Source: an uncultured Acidobacteriota bacterium (GTDB taxonomy: Bacteria; Acidobacteriota; Thermoanaerobaculia; UBA5066; Gp7-AA6). Taken from it: a DNA stretch of 64,000 nucleotides. Below, piece after piece: positions 10,026 through 19,984 of the stretch (positions within the stretch are counted from its first letter, which is position 1; every line of letters starts with the position of its first letter). The notes under the pieces are model-generated. The model was not told the DNA's origin and made no database searches. It was given only the letters and a program-made list of their open reading frames with translations. The position numbers and the translations under genes are program-made. The DNA lies in contig CAVXTP010000015.1 in the NCBI GenBank assembly GCA_963764715.1, positions 161,693 through 225,692 on the forward strand. Reading direction: 5' to 3'.

Positions 10026-10858
10026 CGCTTCCCTCCCGGAGACGTCCCGGCCTCCTCGGCGAAGGCGGCTTCCCGATGGCGCTCGGGCGCGTACCGGGCG
10101 GCGAGCCAGCCGGTCGCCTTCGCGGGGTCGATCGACTGGACCAGCACCCCCTCCTCGCCGTACGGCAAGTGGGCCTGGCAGGCGCCCGAGGGATCGATCA
10201 GGCTCGTCGCCGATTCCTGGAAGCGCATCGCGTAGTTGACGCTCGCGAAGTAGATCGTGTTCTCGATGCTCCGCATCATCATGGCCTTCTCGTAATAGGG
10301 TCCGTCCGCCGCGCCCCAGGCCGTCAACCGGACGCCCTCGCGGTCGCTCCCGGTGAGCTGCGGATGGAAGACGATCTTCGCTCCCCGCGCGGCGGCCCAC
10401 CGCACGGTCTCCGGATAGCGCCAGCCCTCGTGGCAGATCGCGATGCCGAACCGGACCCCGCCGACCTCGAAGACGCGCCGGCCGCGCCCCGGCACGTAGG
10501 ACGGCTCCTCGCTCGGATCGATCTGGTTCTTCGTCTGGAATCCCAGGACCTCGCCGCGCGCGTCGATGACGTACGCGGCGATCTGCCGGCCCGCGTCCGT
10601 CGGCCGCTCGATCCCGACGATCGCGGCGAGCCGGAGGGCGCGCGCCCGCCCCGCGACGGCCCGGAGTGCCCGCTCCTGCGCGGCCGCGTCGAAGGGCGGG
10701 ACCTCGAAACCCTGTCCGCGCAGTCCCGGGAGGTAGGCCTCGGGAAAGCAGACGATCTCCGCGCCCTGCGCCGAAGCCTCGGCCATCAGCCGCTCGACCT
10801 TCTCCAGGCCCTCGTCGAGGCTCGAGGCGATGCGGGGCGACGCCAGCGCGACGATCAC
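10022..10858 (-). CDS. Carbon-nitrogen hydrolase (nitrilase family)
   Basis: VCFPE, conserved K and ICHE motifs. Confidence 0.85.
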   Translation of the reverse strand: MIVALASPRIASSLDEGLEKVERLMAEASAQGAEIVCFPEAYLPGLRGQGFEVPPFDAAAQERALRAVAGRARALRLAAIVGIERPTDAGRQIAAYVIDARGEVLGFQTKNQIDPSEEPSYVPGRGRRVFEVGGVRFGIAICHEGWRYPETVRWAAARGAKIVFHPQLTGSDREGVRLTAWGAADGPYYEKAMMMRSIENTIYFASVNYAMRFQESATSLIDPSGACQAHLPYGEEGVLVQSIDPAKATGWLAARYAPERHREAAFAEEAGTSPGGKR

Positions 10859-10871
10859 GGGTGACCGGAGG

Positions 10872-11351
10872 CTACGCGAGCCCCGGGATCTGCGCCAGGT
10901 GGTGCTTCAGGTGGCCGACGTAGTCGCGCATGAAGTACTCGAGGGTCGCCGGCGTCTGCCTGGGAACGGGCTTCCATGCGAGCTCGTCGAGGTTGTGCCG
11001 CGCCCGCGGCTGCTCACGGACGGACGGGGGAAGGTTCTCGATCACCCGCGCCAGGTGCAGGTTGAAGAGGCGCCAGAGCCCGACGAGCTCCGCCCACGGC
11101 GCGCCCTGGTAGCCCTGCGCCGCGACCCAGGATTCCTGCTCGTATCCGGCGAAGACGAGATCGTCCATGAACCGGACGCGGACGAAACGCTGGTGGTTGT
11201 TCGACGCGGAATCGATCAGGTGGCCGATGACCTGCTTCGGCGACCACTTCCCGGGCGCCGGCGGCTTCGACGCCTCGGCGTCCGGGATGGCGAGGAGGCG
11301 GGGCGTCGCGGCCGCGACGGCTTCACGCAGCTCCGCTTCGACGGTGCTCAC
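10872..11351 (-). CDS. DinB family protein
   Basis: KWSPKQVIGHLIDS...HLKHHLAQI. Confidence 0.85.
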   Translation of the reverse strand: MSTVEAELREAVAAATPRLLAIPDAEASKPPAPGKWSPKQVIGHLIDSASNNHQRFVRVRFMDDLVFAGYEQESWVAAQGYQGAPWAELVGLWRLFNLHLARVIENLPPSVREQPRARHNLDELAWKPVPRQTPATLEYFMRDYVGHLKHHLAQIPGLA

Positions 11352-11356
11352 TGCGG

Positions 11357-11629
11357 TCAGGCCTCTGCTCTCAGGATGAACAACCAGAAATACACCGGCT
11401 CGACGAGCGGCCCGGCGAGAAGGATCCCGATCCGCCACGCGCGCTCGGTCCCCTCGGGCACGAGCCCGTTCTTTCCGACGTCCCAGAGATACACGAGCAG
11501 CAGGACCGCCTGCAGCACGAGGACCCCGACGATCAGCGTGAGATCGAGATCGGCGTAGAAGAGCGCCACGCTCGCGACGAGTTGAATGACGGTCGCGCCG
11601 CCGAGCACGGCCTTGCCGGAACGGGTCAT
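11357..11629 (-). CDS. Small membrane protein
   Basis: Three hydrophobic segments. Confidence 0.6.
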   Translation of the reverse strand: MTRSGKAVLGGATVIQLVASVALFYADLDLTLIVGVLVLQAVLLLVYLWDVGKNGLVPEGTERAWRIGILLAGPLVEPVYFWLFILRAEA

Positions 11630-11664
11630 TCCGCGATCATCTCACCTCGCCGCCGCCACCGGCC

Positions 11665-12468
11665 TCAGCGATGCTGGTCGAAGAGCCAGCGGAAGAGGTC
11701 GGGATCGGCGTAGGCCTTCGGCGGCGCGTCGATGTGGTCGGCGCCCGGCAGCTCCGTGTAGCGCACCGGCGCCCCGACCGCCTTGAGCGCGGCCGCGAGC
11801 CTGCGCGATTCGTCGACGGGGACCACCGCATCCGCGTCGCCGTGAAAGATCCACACGGGCGTCTTCGCGAGCTTCGCCGCAAACGCCGCGTACGGGTCCT
11901 CGGCGGCCGCGGCCGGGTTCGCCGCGCGATCGATCGCGACCTCCTCGGCCGTGTAATTGGCGCCCGGGGCGATCCGGCCCGCCACGACGACGACCGCCGC
12001 GAACCGCTCGGGCCACTTCGCCGCGAGCCGGTAGCCGCCGCTCCCGCCCATCGAGTAGCCGTGAAGGTAGACGCGCGCCGGGTCGACGCGAAACTCCGCG
12101 ACCGTGCGGTCGAGCTCGGCCAGGACGAGCCGCTGCATCGCGGGATCGAACCAGCGCGTGCCGGCCTGCGCCTGGGGGAAGACGACGATCGCCGGAAACG
12201 GAGCGCGGTTCTCGCGGATGCGGATCGCGAAGTCCGTTCCCGTCGGCCGCATCCCGTCGCTTCCCTGCCGGCCGTTGCCGTGCAGGGACACGATCACGGG
12301 CCACGCTTTCGAGGCCGCGTAGTCGGACGGCACGTAGACCTGGTAGCGATGCGGCTCGCCGCCGACCGAAACCGTGCGGTCGAGGAATCCCGTCGACGTG
12401 TCGGCCGGGGCACCCGCCGCCGGAAGGAGCGCGGCGAGCGCGAGCAGCAGAGCGGCGCGGGCGGGCAT
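11665..12468 (-). CDS. Secreted esterase/peptidase, alpha/beta hydrolase
   Basis: Signal peptide; GYSMGG; HGDAD. Confidence 0.85.
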   Translation of the reverse strand: MPARAALLLALAALLPAAGAPADTSTGFLDRTVSVGGEPHRYQVYVPSDYAASKAWPVIVSLHGNGRQGSDGMRPTGTDFAIRIRENRAPFPAIVVFPQAQAGTRWFDPAMQRLVLAELDRTVAEFRVDPARVYLHGYSMGGSGGYRLAAKWPERFAAVVVVAGRIAPGANYTAEEVAIDRAANPAAAAEDPYAAFAAKLAKTPVWIFHGDADAVVPVDESRRLAAALKAVGAPVRYTELPGADHIDAPPKAYADPDLFRWLFDQHR

Positions 12469-12475
12469 CGCCGCC

Positions 12476-12757
12476 CTACTCGCGAAGGCCGGGAACGAAC
12501 CGGTGGATGGCGAAGGCGGCGGCCGCCAGGAGAACGAGGAGGATGAGGCCGGTGAGCGGCGAGAGCTCCGACCGCGACGAGAAGTACCAGCCCGAAAACA
12601 CGAGGCCGCCCAGGACCGCGACGAGGAGCGGCTCGAGGCTCAGGTTCGACAAGCTCTTGCCGGCGAACCCGTGCGCGCGCGAGGCCTCGAACCACACTCC
12701 GACCGGAAGGACGACGAGCGCGCTCAGCCAGCCGAGGGTTCGTGCGGGTCTTGCCAC
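12476..12757 (-). CDS. Small membrane protein
   Basis: Hydrophobic 93-aa ORF with AAGGGAG RBS. Confidence 0.6.
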   Translation of the reverse strand: MARPARTLGWLSALVVLPVGVWFEASRAHGFAGKSLSNLSLEPLLVAVLGGLVFSGWYFSSRSELSPLTGLILLVLLAAAAFAIHRFVPGLRE

Positions 12758-12788
12758 CGTCTAATCTCCCTTCGCGGTCTCCATGATC

Positions 12789-13712
12789 TCACCGGGTCCG
12801 GTAGACATCGGTGCTCAGGTACTTCAGACCCGAGTCGATCATCAAAGTGACCACCTTCGCGCCCCGGCCGAGCCGCTCGGCCACCCGAAGCGCAGCGACC
12901 ACGTTGGCCCCGGACGACGTCCCCGCGAAGAGGGCTTCCTCGCGCGCGAGCCGCCGCGCCATCGTCTCCGCCTCGTCGGTGCCGACCGCCAGGACCTCGT
13001 CCACGAGACCCGGCTCCCACAGCGGCGGCGTGCGGCCGATCCCGATTCCCTCGATCCGGTGCGCTCCCGCGGGGCCGCCCCGCAGCACCGAGGATTCCGC
13101 GGGCTCGACGACGACGTTCCGGACCCTCGGATCGTGGCGCTTCAGGACGCTCGCGACGCCGCGCGAGGACGCGGCCGCGCCCGCGGAGTGGACGAACGCA
13201 TCGATCCGGCCGCCCGTCTGGCTCCAGATCTCCTCGCCGAGCCCGTGGTAGCCCGCGATGCTGTCCTGGTTGTTGAGCTGGTCGATCCAGTAGGTGCGAG
13301 GCTCCCGGCTGATCTCGCGGGCGGCCTCGATCATGTCCTGGATCAGCTTCCGGGTCGTCAGGCCCCCCTCGCTCGGAACGAGCGTCAGCTCCGCGCCGAG
13401 CGCCGCCATGTGGTCGCGCTTCTCCTGGCTGAATGCGTCGGACGTGACGATCCGGAGACGGTAGCCCCGCGCGGCGCAGACGAGCGCGAGCGAGGTCCCG
13501 GTGCTTCCTCCGGTGTACTCGACGACGGTGTCGCCGGGCTTCAGGCGGCCGTCCGCCTCGGCCCGCGTGATCACCGAGAGCGCCATCCGGTCCTTCATGC
13601 TGCCGGTGGGGTTCTCCCACTCGAGCTTCGCGAAGATCTCCGCCGAGCCGGGCGGCACGAGCTTGCAGAGCCGGACCATCGACGTGTTTCCGATGGCATC
13701 GAGGATGTTCAC
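12789..13712 (-). CDS. Cysteine synthase family PLP enzyme
   Basis: KLEWENPTGSMKDR...DSGLKYLST. Confidence 0.9.
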   Translation of the reverse strand: MNILDAIGNTSMVRLCKLVPPGSAEIFAKLEWENPTGSMKDRMALSVITRAEADGRLKPGDTVVEYTGGSTGTSLALVCAARGYRLRIVTSDAFSQEKRDHMAALGAELTLVPSEGGLTTRKLIQDMIEAAREISREPRTYWIDQLNNQDSIAGYHGLGEEIWSQTGGRIDAFVHSAGAAASSRGVASVLKRHDPRVRNVVVEPAESSVLRGGPAGAHRIEGIGIGRTPPLWEPGLVDEVLAVGTDEAETMARRLAREEALFAGTSSGANVVAALRVAERLGRGAKVVTLMIDSGLKYLSTDVYRTR

Positions 13713-13739
13713 GGGCCCGTTCTCCGAAGCGCGATCGGA

Positions 13740-14288
13740 TCAGAAGCTGAGGAGCGCATAGCCCCGGTTCTGATAGGTCATCAGGACGATCAAGGCATCG
13801 CTCGCCACGGTCACGCTCGGCGCCAGCGTCGCCGGGTCGATGTGCTCGAAGGCGAGGTACTGGCCGCAGACGAACAGCTCGACGCCGGCCTTCCGGAACT
13901 GCTCGAGGACCGGCAGATTCGGATTGGACGTTCCGAATTTCGCCCGGTAATGGGCCTCGTCGAGCAGGCCGTCGACGGCGGCTCCGTGAAACGTCACGAC
14001 GAAGCTCACGCTTCCGAGGGCTACGCCGGCCACCCCGAACGCGTTGAGCTCGGAGCCGGCCATGTTGAGCGCCGGGATCAACTCGGTGGGCTTCCCCGCG
14101 CGCCGCGTGGCGTCGAAGACCGCGCGGTAGCTGCCGGTCTTTTCCGGCGGAATCGCCGCTCCGGGAATGGCCACGTAGCCGTCGGCGGCGGGGATGACGG
14201 GCGCCCGGGGAGGAGGCCAGGGCCGCATCGGGGGGCTGGCCGCGAGCGTCAGGAGCACGATCGGAGCGACGAAGAGACGGTGAAGCAT
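13740..14288 (-). CDS. DsrE family secreted protein
   Basis: VVTFHG...VELFVCGQ; AGGAGG RBS. Confidence 0.75.
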   Translation of the reverse strand: MLHRLFVAPIVLLTLAASPPMRPWPPPRAPVIPAADGYVAIPGAAIPPEKTGSYRAVFDATRRAGKPTELIPALNMAGSELNAFGVAGVALGSVSFVVTFHGAAVDGLLDEAHYRAKFGTSNPNLPVLEQFRKAGVELFVCGQYLAFEHIDPATLAPSVTVASDALIVLMTYQNRGYALLSF

Positions 14289-14361
14289 GGGCACCTCCTG
14301 CGTCACGACGGGTCGAGGATATCGAGGTCGAAAGCCGCCGGGGTTCATCCCGGATGAAAGG

Positions 14362-14910
14362 TCACGACCGGGGAGCGCCGTCGGACGGGGTCCGGAGGAT
14401 CGAGAGATAGGCCTTCCAGGGGCCGACGGCCGCCGAGTATTGCCGCGCCATGACGCGGACCACCTGGCCGAGGTGGCTCAGGTCGTGGGCCACCCAGGTC
14501 GACAGGTGCTGGCGGAGCGTCACGGCCCCGAGCTGCGGGTGGAGGCCCGGACGCGCCAGGTCGGCGTCCGTCAGGCGAAGCGCGGCCAGCCGGTCGAGGC
14601 TCCCGGCCCGCAACCCGGCGAAGGTGTCGAGGAGCTCGCCGAGCGAGAGCCCCCGCGACGCGGCGAACATCGCCTCCCGGTCGAAGGTCGGGAACGGGAC
14701 GGCGTCGCCGTGCCGGAGCAGGTGCTCGACGCGCGGCATCCAGTCGGTCCGCTCGCCGTGGATCAGGTGCCCCACGACGTCGAACGGGCTCCACGTCCCC
14801 GGCCCCTCGGTGGCCTCGATCCAGGGGCCGGGAAGGTCGGAGAGCAGGGCGCCGAGAACCGCGGGCGTACGCCGGAGAACCGGCAGGCCGTCGTCCAGCT
14901 GGAACTCCAC
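14362..14910 (-). CDS. DinB family protein
   Basis: WSPFDVVGHLIHGE...HDLSHLGQ. Confidence 0.85.
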   Translation of the reverse strand: MEFQLDDGLPVLRRTPAVLGALLSDLPGPWIEATEGPGTWSPFDVVGHLIHGERTDWMPRVEHLLRHGDAVPFPTFDREAMFAASRGLSLGELLDTFAGLRAGSLDRLAALRLTDADLARPGLHPQLGAVTLRQHLSTWVAHDLSHLGQVVRVMARQYSAAVGPWKAYLSILRTPSDGAPRS

Positions 14911-14933
14911 GAATGACCTCCTCGCTCGATCGT

Positions 14934-17492
14934 TCAGGCCGTCGCGTTGCGGGCCTGCGCGTAGAAAACCCTCTTGGCGACTTCCGTGACCGCGACATAG
15001 AGCGCCGTCAGCCCGATCATCGCCAGCATGAGCGGCGCCGGCAGCGGAACGAAGCCGAACATCGCCTGGAAGGGCAGGTAGGGCAGGACGAGCGTCACCC
15101 CGACGACGGCCGCCGTGCTCGCCAGCAGGAGCGTGCTCGGCCGGCTGCGGAAGAAAGGATGGCGCGTCCGCACGACGAGCGCGATGACGAGCTCCGTCAG
15201 CAGAGACTCGACGAACCAGCCGGTGCGGAATTCCTGCGGCGACGCGCGGAAAACGAGGATCAGGGCCCCGAAGGCCAGGAAGTCGAAGATCGAGCTGACG
15301 AGGCCGAAGAGCACCATGTAGTCCCGGATGAACCTTGTGTTCCAGCGACGCGGCCTCTCCACCCATTCCGGGTCCACGTTGTCACCGGCGATGGTCATGG
15401 CGGGAATGTCGGACAGGAAGTTGTTGAGCAGGATTTGTGACGCGAGCAGGGGGAGAAACGGAAGGAACAACGAGGCCGCGGCCATGCTGAACATGTTGCC
15501 GAAGTTGGCGCTGATGGTCGTCAGAACGTACTTGAGCGTGTTGGCGAATGTCCGGCGGCCCTCGTCGATGCCCTCCCGGAGGATGTCCAGATCCCGCTCG
15601 AGCAGCACGAAGTCCGCCGCGCCCTTGGCCACGTCGACCGCCGTGTCCACCGAGATGCCGACATCGGCGGCCTGCAGCGCCGGCGCGTCGTTGATGCCGT
15701 CGCCCATGTAGCCGACCACGTGCCCGGTCTTGCGGAGCGCGAGAATGATGCGCTCCTTCTGGTTCGGGTCGACCTCCGCGAAAATCGTGGTGCGCTCGGC
15801 GGCGTTCCAGAGCGCCTCGTCCCGCATGTCGTTCAAAGCGCGGCCGGTCAGAACGCCCTCGACCGGCAGCTTCACGGCCTCCGCGACGTGCCGGGCCACC
15901 TTCTGGTTGTCGCCGGTGATGATCTTGAGCCGGACCCCCCGGCTCGCCAGGTCCGCGATCGCCCGCTCGACACCGGCCTTCGGCGGATCGAAGAACAGCA
16001 GGAACCCGGCGAAGGTCAGGTCGCTTTCATCGGCGTACGAATAAGAGGCGGACTTCTCATCGACCCTCTTCGTCGCCACCCCCAGCACCCGGAAGCCCTG
16101 GCCGCTCCAGTCGCTGTATCGCCGCTCGATGCCGGCCCGCCTCGCGTCGTCGAGCGGCCGGGCTTCTCCTCCCTCCTGCACGCGGCGGCAGATCGACAGA
16201 ATGCTCTCCAGCGCGCCCTTGGCGATGAGGGTCCGCTCGCCCTGCGCATCCGCCGTCACCACGCTCAGGCGCTTGCGCACGAAGTCGTACGGGATCTCGT
16301 CGACTTTGCGGTCCGTTCCGCCGGTCACCCCGGCCTCCCGAGCGCACGCCTGAACCGCTTCGTCGAGCGGGTTGGCGAGCCCCGTCTGGTAGAGCGCGTT
16401 GAGATAGGTGCAGCGCAGAACCGCGTTCGAGGACCGGCCCTCGGGGTCGAGCGCGCCGTCGAGCCGCACGACGCCTTCCGTGAGAGTGCCGGTCTTGTCG
16501 GTGCACAGCACGTCCATGCTGCCGAAGTTCTCGATCGAGTTGAGCCGCCGCACGATCACGCCGCGCCTGGCCATCCGCTGCGCGCCGTGCGAGAGCGTGA
16601 TGCTGATGATGGCGGGCAGAAGCTCCGGGGCCAGCCCGACCGCCAGCGCGAGCGCGAAGAGGAGGGAGTCGATCGGCGGTTTGGCGCGGAAGATGTTGAC
16701 GGCGAGAACGACGACCACCATGACGAGCATGACCCGGGTCAGGAGATACCCGAACCGCTGGATGCCCCGCTCGAACTCGGTCTCCGGCGGCCGCAGGCTC
16801 AGCCGTTGGGCGATCTGGCCGAACACCGTGGCCCGGCCCGTCTGCACGATCAGGACGCGCGCCGCGCCGCTGCCGACGCTCGTTCCCATGAAGACGGCGT
16901 TGGTGCGCTCGGCCAGGCTCGCCGTCGCGGCGAGGACCCCGGGCATCTTCTCCGTGGGAAACGTCTCCCCCGTCAGCACGGCCTGCTTGACGAAGAAGTC
17001 GTTGGCCTCCAGCACGACGCCGTCGGCCGGGACCAGGCTGCCCGCCGAGAGCAGGACCACGTCGCCCGGCACCAGCTGCTCCGACGGGAGCAGCCGCGTC
17101 TGCCCGTCGCGCAGGACGCTCGCCTTGATGCTGACCTGCGATCGCAGCCTTTCGACGGCGTTGCTCGCCCGGTACTCCTGCACGAACCCGAGCATCGTGC
17201 TGCCGACGACCACGGCCAGCACGATCACGGCGTCGGTCCACTCCCCCACGAAGCTGGAAACCGTGGCGGCGAAGATGAGGATGAGAACGAGCGGGCTCTT
17301 GAACTGGCTGACGAAGAGGCCGAGCGCCGTCGCCCGGCGCTTCGCGGCGAGCGCGTTCGGCCCGTACTGCCTGGCGCGGGCCTCGGCCTCGGCGCTCGCG
17401 AGACCCCGGGCCGAGCTGCCGAGGTCCGAGAGCAGTCGCTCGGCGGGGAGGCTCCAGTAAGCCGGCGGGCTGGCCTGCATCTCGGGTCGCAT
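14934..17492 (-). CDS. mgtA: Magnesium-translocating P-type ATPase
   Basis: DKTGTLT, TGE, GDGIND, SANFGNMFS, LLNNFLSD. Confidence 0.88.
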   Translation of the reverse strand: MRPEMQASPPAYWSLPAERLLSDLGSSARGLASAEAEARARQYGPNALAAKRRATALGLFVSQFKSPLVLILIFAATVSSFVGEWTDAVIVLAVVVGSTMLGFVQEYRASNAVERLRSQVSIKASVLRDGQTRLLPSEQLVPGDVVLLSAGSLVPADGVVLEANDFFVKQAVLTGETFPTEKMPGVLAATASLAERTNAVFMGTSVGSGAARVLIVQTGRATVFGQIAQRLSLRPPETEFERGIQRFGYLLTRVMLVMVVVVLAVNIFRAKPPIDSLLFALALAVGLAPELLPAIISITLSHGAQRMARRGVIVRRLNSIENFGSMDVLCTDKTGTLTEGVVRLDGALDPEGRSSNAVLRCTYLNALYQTGLANPLDEAVQACAREAGVTGGTDRKVDEIPYDFVRKRLSVVTADAQGERTLIAKGALESILSICRRVQEGGEARPLDDARRAGIERRYSDWSGQGFRVLGVATKRVDEKSASYSYADESDLTFAGFLLFFDPPKAGVERAIADLASRGVRLKIITGDNQKVARHVAEAVKLPVEGVLTGRALNDMRDEALWNAAERTTIFAEVDPNQKERIILALRKTGHVVGYMGDGINDAPALQAADVGISVDTAVDVAKGAADFVLLERDLDILREGIDEGRRTFANTLKYVLTTISANFGNMFSMAAASLFLPFLPLLASQILLNNFLSDIPAMTIAGDNVDPEWVERPRRWNTRFIRDYMVLFGLVSSIFDFLAFGALILVFRASPQEFRTGWFVESLLTELVIALVVRTRHPFFRSRPSTLLLASTAAVVGVTLVLPYLPFQAMFGFVPLPAPLMLAMIGLTALYVAVTEVAKRVFYAQARNATA

Positions 17493-17509
17493 GGTCGGCG
17501 GCGCCGCGC

Positions 17510-17887
17510 CTAACCGTCCGGCGACTTCGCCGCCTCCGGTCCCTGCTCGTAGAACTGCAGGCAGACTCCCGAGGGAACGATCATGTGGAACTCCCGGCGT
17601 CCCCAGGACTTCATCTCGAGCGGGCCGACCCTCGCGGGGATCCGGCGGTACTCCTCGTACAGCGCCTCGAGCCCGGAGACGCCGATGCTGAAGCTCGCGT
17701 TGTCGGCCCAGGCCCGCTCGGCGCTGACGACGAGGTTGAAGGCGATTCCGTCGCGCCGGATCCCCGCCATCGTGTCGCTCCGCCAGATGGTCTCGAATCC
17801 CATGTGGCGTGTGTAGAAGACGAGCGCGTCGGCGAGGCTCCCGCCGGTCGGGATCAGGGGGACGACGGACCGCAGCGTCGGTGTCAC
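17510..17887 (-). CDS. VOC family protein
   Basis: FYTRHMGF...WGRREF...PSGVCLQF. Confidence 0.8.
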   Translation of the reverse strand: MTPTLRSVVPLIPTGGSLADALVFYTRHMGFETIWRSDTMAGIRRDGIAFNLVVSAERAWADNASFSIGVSGLEALYEEYRRIPARVGPLEMKSWGRREFHMIVPSGVCLQFYEQGPEAAKSPDG

Positions 17888-17915
17888 TCGGCCGGCGGCT
17901 CTCCGGGGCCGCGTC

Positions 17916-18435
17916 TCAGGGCCGCCCGGAACGCAGGCGCGGGGCCCATCGGCCCACGCTCCGCGTGTACCGCTCGTACGATTCCCCGAAGCGCCGGCGG
18001 AGGTAGGGCTCCTCGTACCCGATCACGAAGACGTTCACCATCGCGAAGAAAACGGCCCAGTAGAGCAGAAGCCCGCGCGACCGGATCAGGGCGGCCTCGC
18101 CCAGGACGATCAGGCTCACGCCAACGTACATGGGATTGCGCACGTAGCGATAGAGCCCGCGGACCACGAGCTCCCGTGGGGGATCGGCCGGGGACAGCGT
18201 CCCGCGACCCGAGCGGGCGAACTCCCGGATGCACGTCAGAAGGATGACGTGCGCCGATCCCGGCGCACAGCAAGCCGAGCGTGTCGACGGGGCTCCGGAG
18301 GTCGGGCCGCGCGGCGGAGAGGCCGAAGTACCGCCACGGGACATACCCCGCGACGAGGCCCGGAAGGAGGATCGTCCAGAAGAGACTCCGGAGGACGAGG
18401 CCCACCGGGATGCGGCCCGGGCCGCCGGCGGTCAT
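17916..18435 (-). pseudogene. Isoprenylcysteine carboxyl methyltransferase (PEMT) family, frameshift near 18255
   Basis: N-terminus in ORF 17884..18435; RGLYRYVRNPMY...EEP in ORF 17916..18344. Confidence 0.7.
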
Positions 18436-18442
18436 CGAACGC

Positions 18443-19084
18443 TCACGCCGCTCCCGGCCCGGCGCCCGCCGCCGGGCCCTCGAAGAATTCGACGAGCCCG
18501 GACTCCAGCGAATACTCCGCGCCCGCCACGACGAGACGCCCGTCCTGGATGCACTGCTCGAGAATCCCGGACCCGTGGCGAAGATGGTCGACGGACGCGC
18601 GCACGTTGGCCCGCACCGCCTGGGCCACGAGCGCCTCCGGGTCGCGGCGGAGCTCCGTCGCGAGCAGCGTCTCGACCGAGGGCCGCACGCGGTCGACGAT
18701 CGACCGGAGGTTGCGGGACTGGCTTTCCGACGGCCGGTTGAGCTCGTCCAGGGTCGCGAGCACGGCGCCGCACCGGGAGTGGCCGAGGACGACGACGAGC
18801 GGCGTCCCGAATCGCTCGACCGCGAACTCGACGCTTCCGATCTGCGAGGGAGCCACGATGTTCCCGGCGACCCGGATGACGAAGAGGTCCCCGAGCCCCT
18901 GGTCGAACACGATCTCGGCGGGCACGCGCGAATCGGAGCAGCCGAGAATCACGGCGAACGGCTCCTGCCCCCCGGCGAGCTCGGTGCGGCGCAGCAAGGT
19001 CGCGACCGCGCCGCCGGACGAACCCGACGCGAACCGTTGGTTGCCCGTGCGGAGGCGCTCCAGGGCCTCGGTTGCCGACATCAT
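18443..19084 (-). CDS. Beta-class carbonic anhydrase
   Basis: GCSDSRV, RVAGN, HSRCG. Confidence 0.92.
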   Translation of the reverse strand: MMSATEALERLRTGNQRFASGSSGGAVATLLRRTELAGGQEPFAVILGCSDSRVPAEIVFDQGLGDLFVIRVAGNIVAPSQIGSVEFAVERFGTPLVVVLGHSRCGAVLATLDELNRPSESQSRNLRSIVDRVRPSVETLLATELRRDPEALVAQAVRANVRASVDHLRHGSGILEQCIQDGRLVVAGAEYSLESGLVEFFEGPAAGAGPGAA

Positions 19085-19199
19085 GAAGGTGACCCCTCCG
19101 ATTCGCCGAACGGTGCCGCCGGCGAGGCGGAATCATACGGTCTCGTGAGGCCGGCCGGGCTGCGAGGCATCGAAACCGGTGCCGGAGGAAGCGGGAACA

Positions 19200-19862
19200 T
19201 CACGATCCTCGCGTCGCTCCCGGGACCAGCTCCCGGTCCATCAGCATCGGGCCGCCGTGCTCGGCGATCGACGCGAACACGTTGCGTCCGCCGAAACGAT
19301 GCGCCGCGTAGGACCGTTGCGCGCGCTCCACGAATCCGAGCTTGCGGAAGACCCGCTGCGACACCCGGTTGGTCGCCTCCGTGACCGCACGCCGATAGCC
19401 CGAGGCCGCGCCATGCGCGAGGCATTCCGCGACGAGCCGCTGGGCGACTCCCCTTCCGGCGGCCCGATCCGCGACGCCCAGGAGGAACAGGTGGAGCGAC
19501 TCGCCCGGCGGCACTGTCCGATCGCCCCGGTACTCGGCGTCGAGCTGCCCGAGGATGTCGAAGATCGGGTCGAACTTCGGGCTCAAACGCTCGACCCCCT
19601 CCGGCAGGGCTGAGGCGGAGTCCTCCGTGAGAAGCGTCCCGACGAGCTCGCCCGTTCCGGCGAGCCGCGCCACGACGGTCAGCCCTTCGGTCGCCGCCCT
19701 CGGGCAAAGGAGCCGGACGAAGGCCTCGAACTCGGCGGCAGTCAGGCCGGTGGCGACGGCGGGAGGGTCGTGCCGGCTGAAGACGTCGGCGAGAAGCCTC
19801 GCCATCGCGACCGTCTCGGACGCGGCGAGAACGCCGTACTCGATCGGGCCGATTTCGGTCAT
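19200..19862 (-). CDS. GNAT acetyltransferase
   Basis: GVADRAAGRGVA...NRVSQRVFRKLGF. Confidence 0.8.
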   Translation of the reverse strand: MTEIGPIEYGVLAASETVAMARLLADVFSRHDPPAVATGLTAAEFEAFVRLLCPRAATEGLTVVARLAGTGELVGTLLTEDSASALPEGVERLSPKFDPIFDILGQLDAEYRGDRTVPPGESLHLFLLGVADRAAGRGVAQRLVAECLAHGAASGYRRAVTEATNRVSQRVFRKLGFVERAQRSYAAHRFGGRNVFASIAEHGGPMLMDRELVPGATRGS

Positions 19863-19984
19863 CGATCTTCATCCCTCCGAGTAGCGCGTTCGTCCCGCGG
19901 TTCGGGCGGGGTCGATCCTGACGCGCCGTCGATGCGCCCGCCCGATGCAACACTTCCTTCCCGCCGACGTATCTCGCGAAAAGG

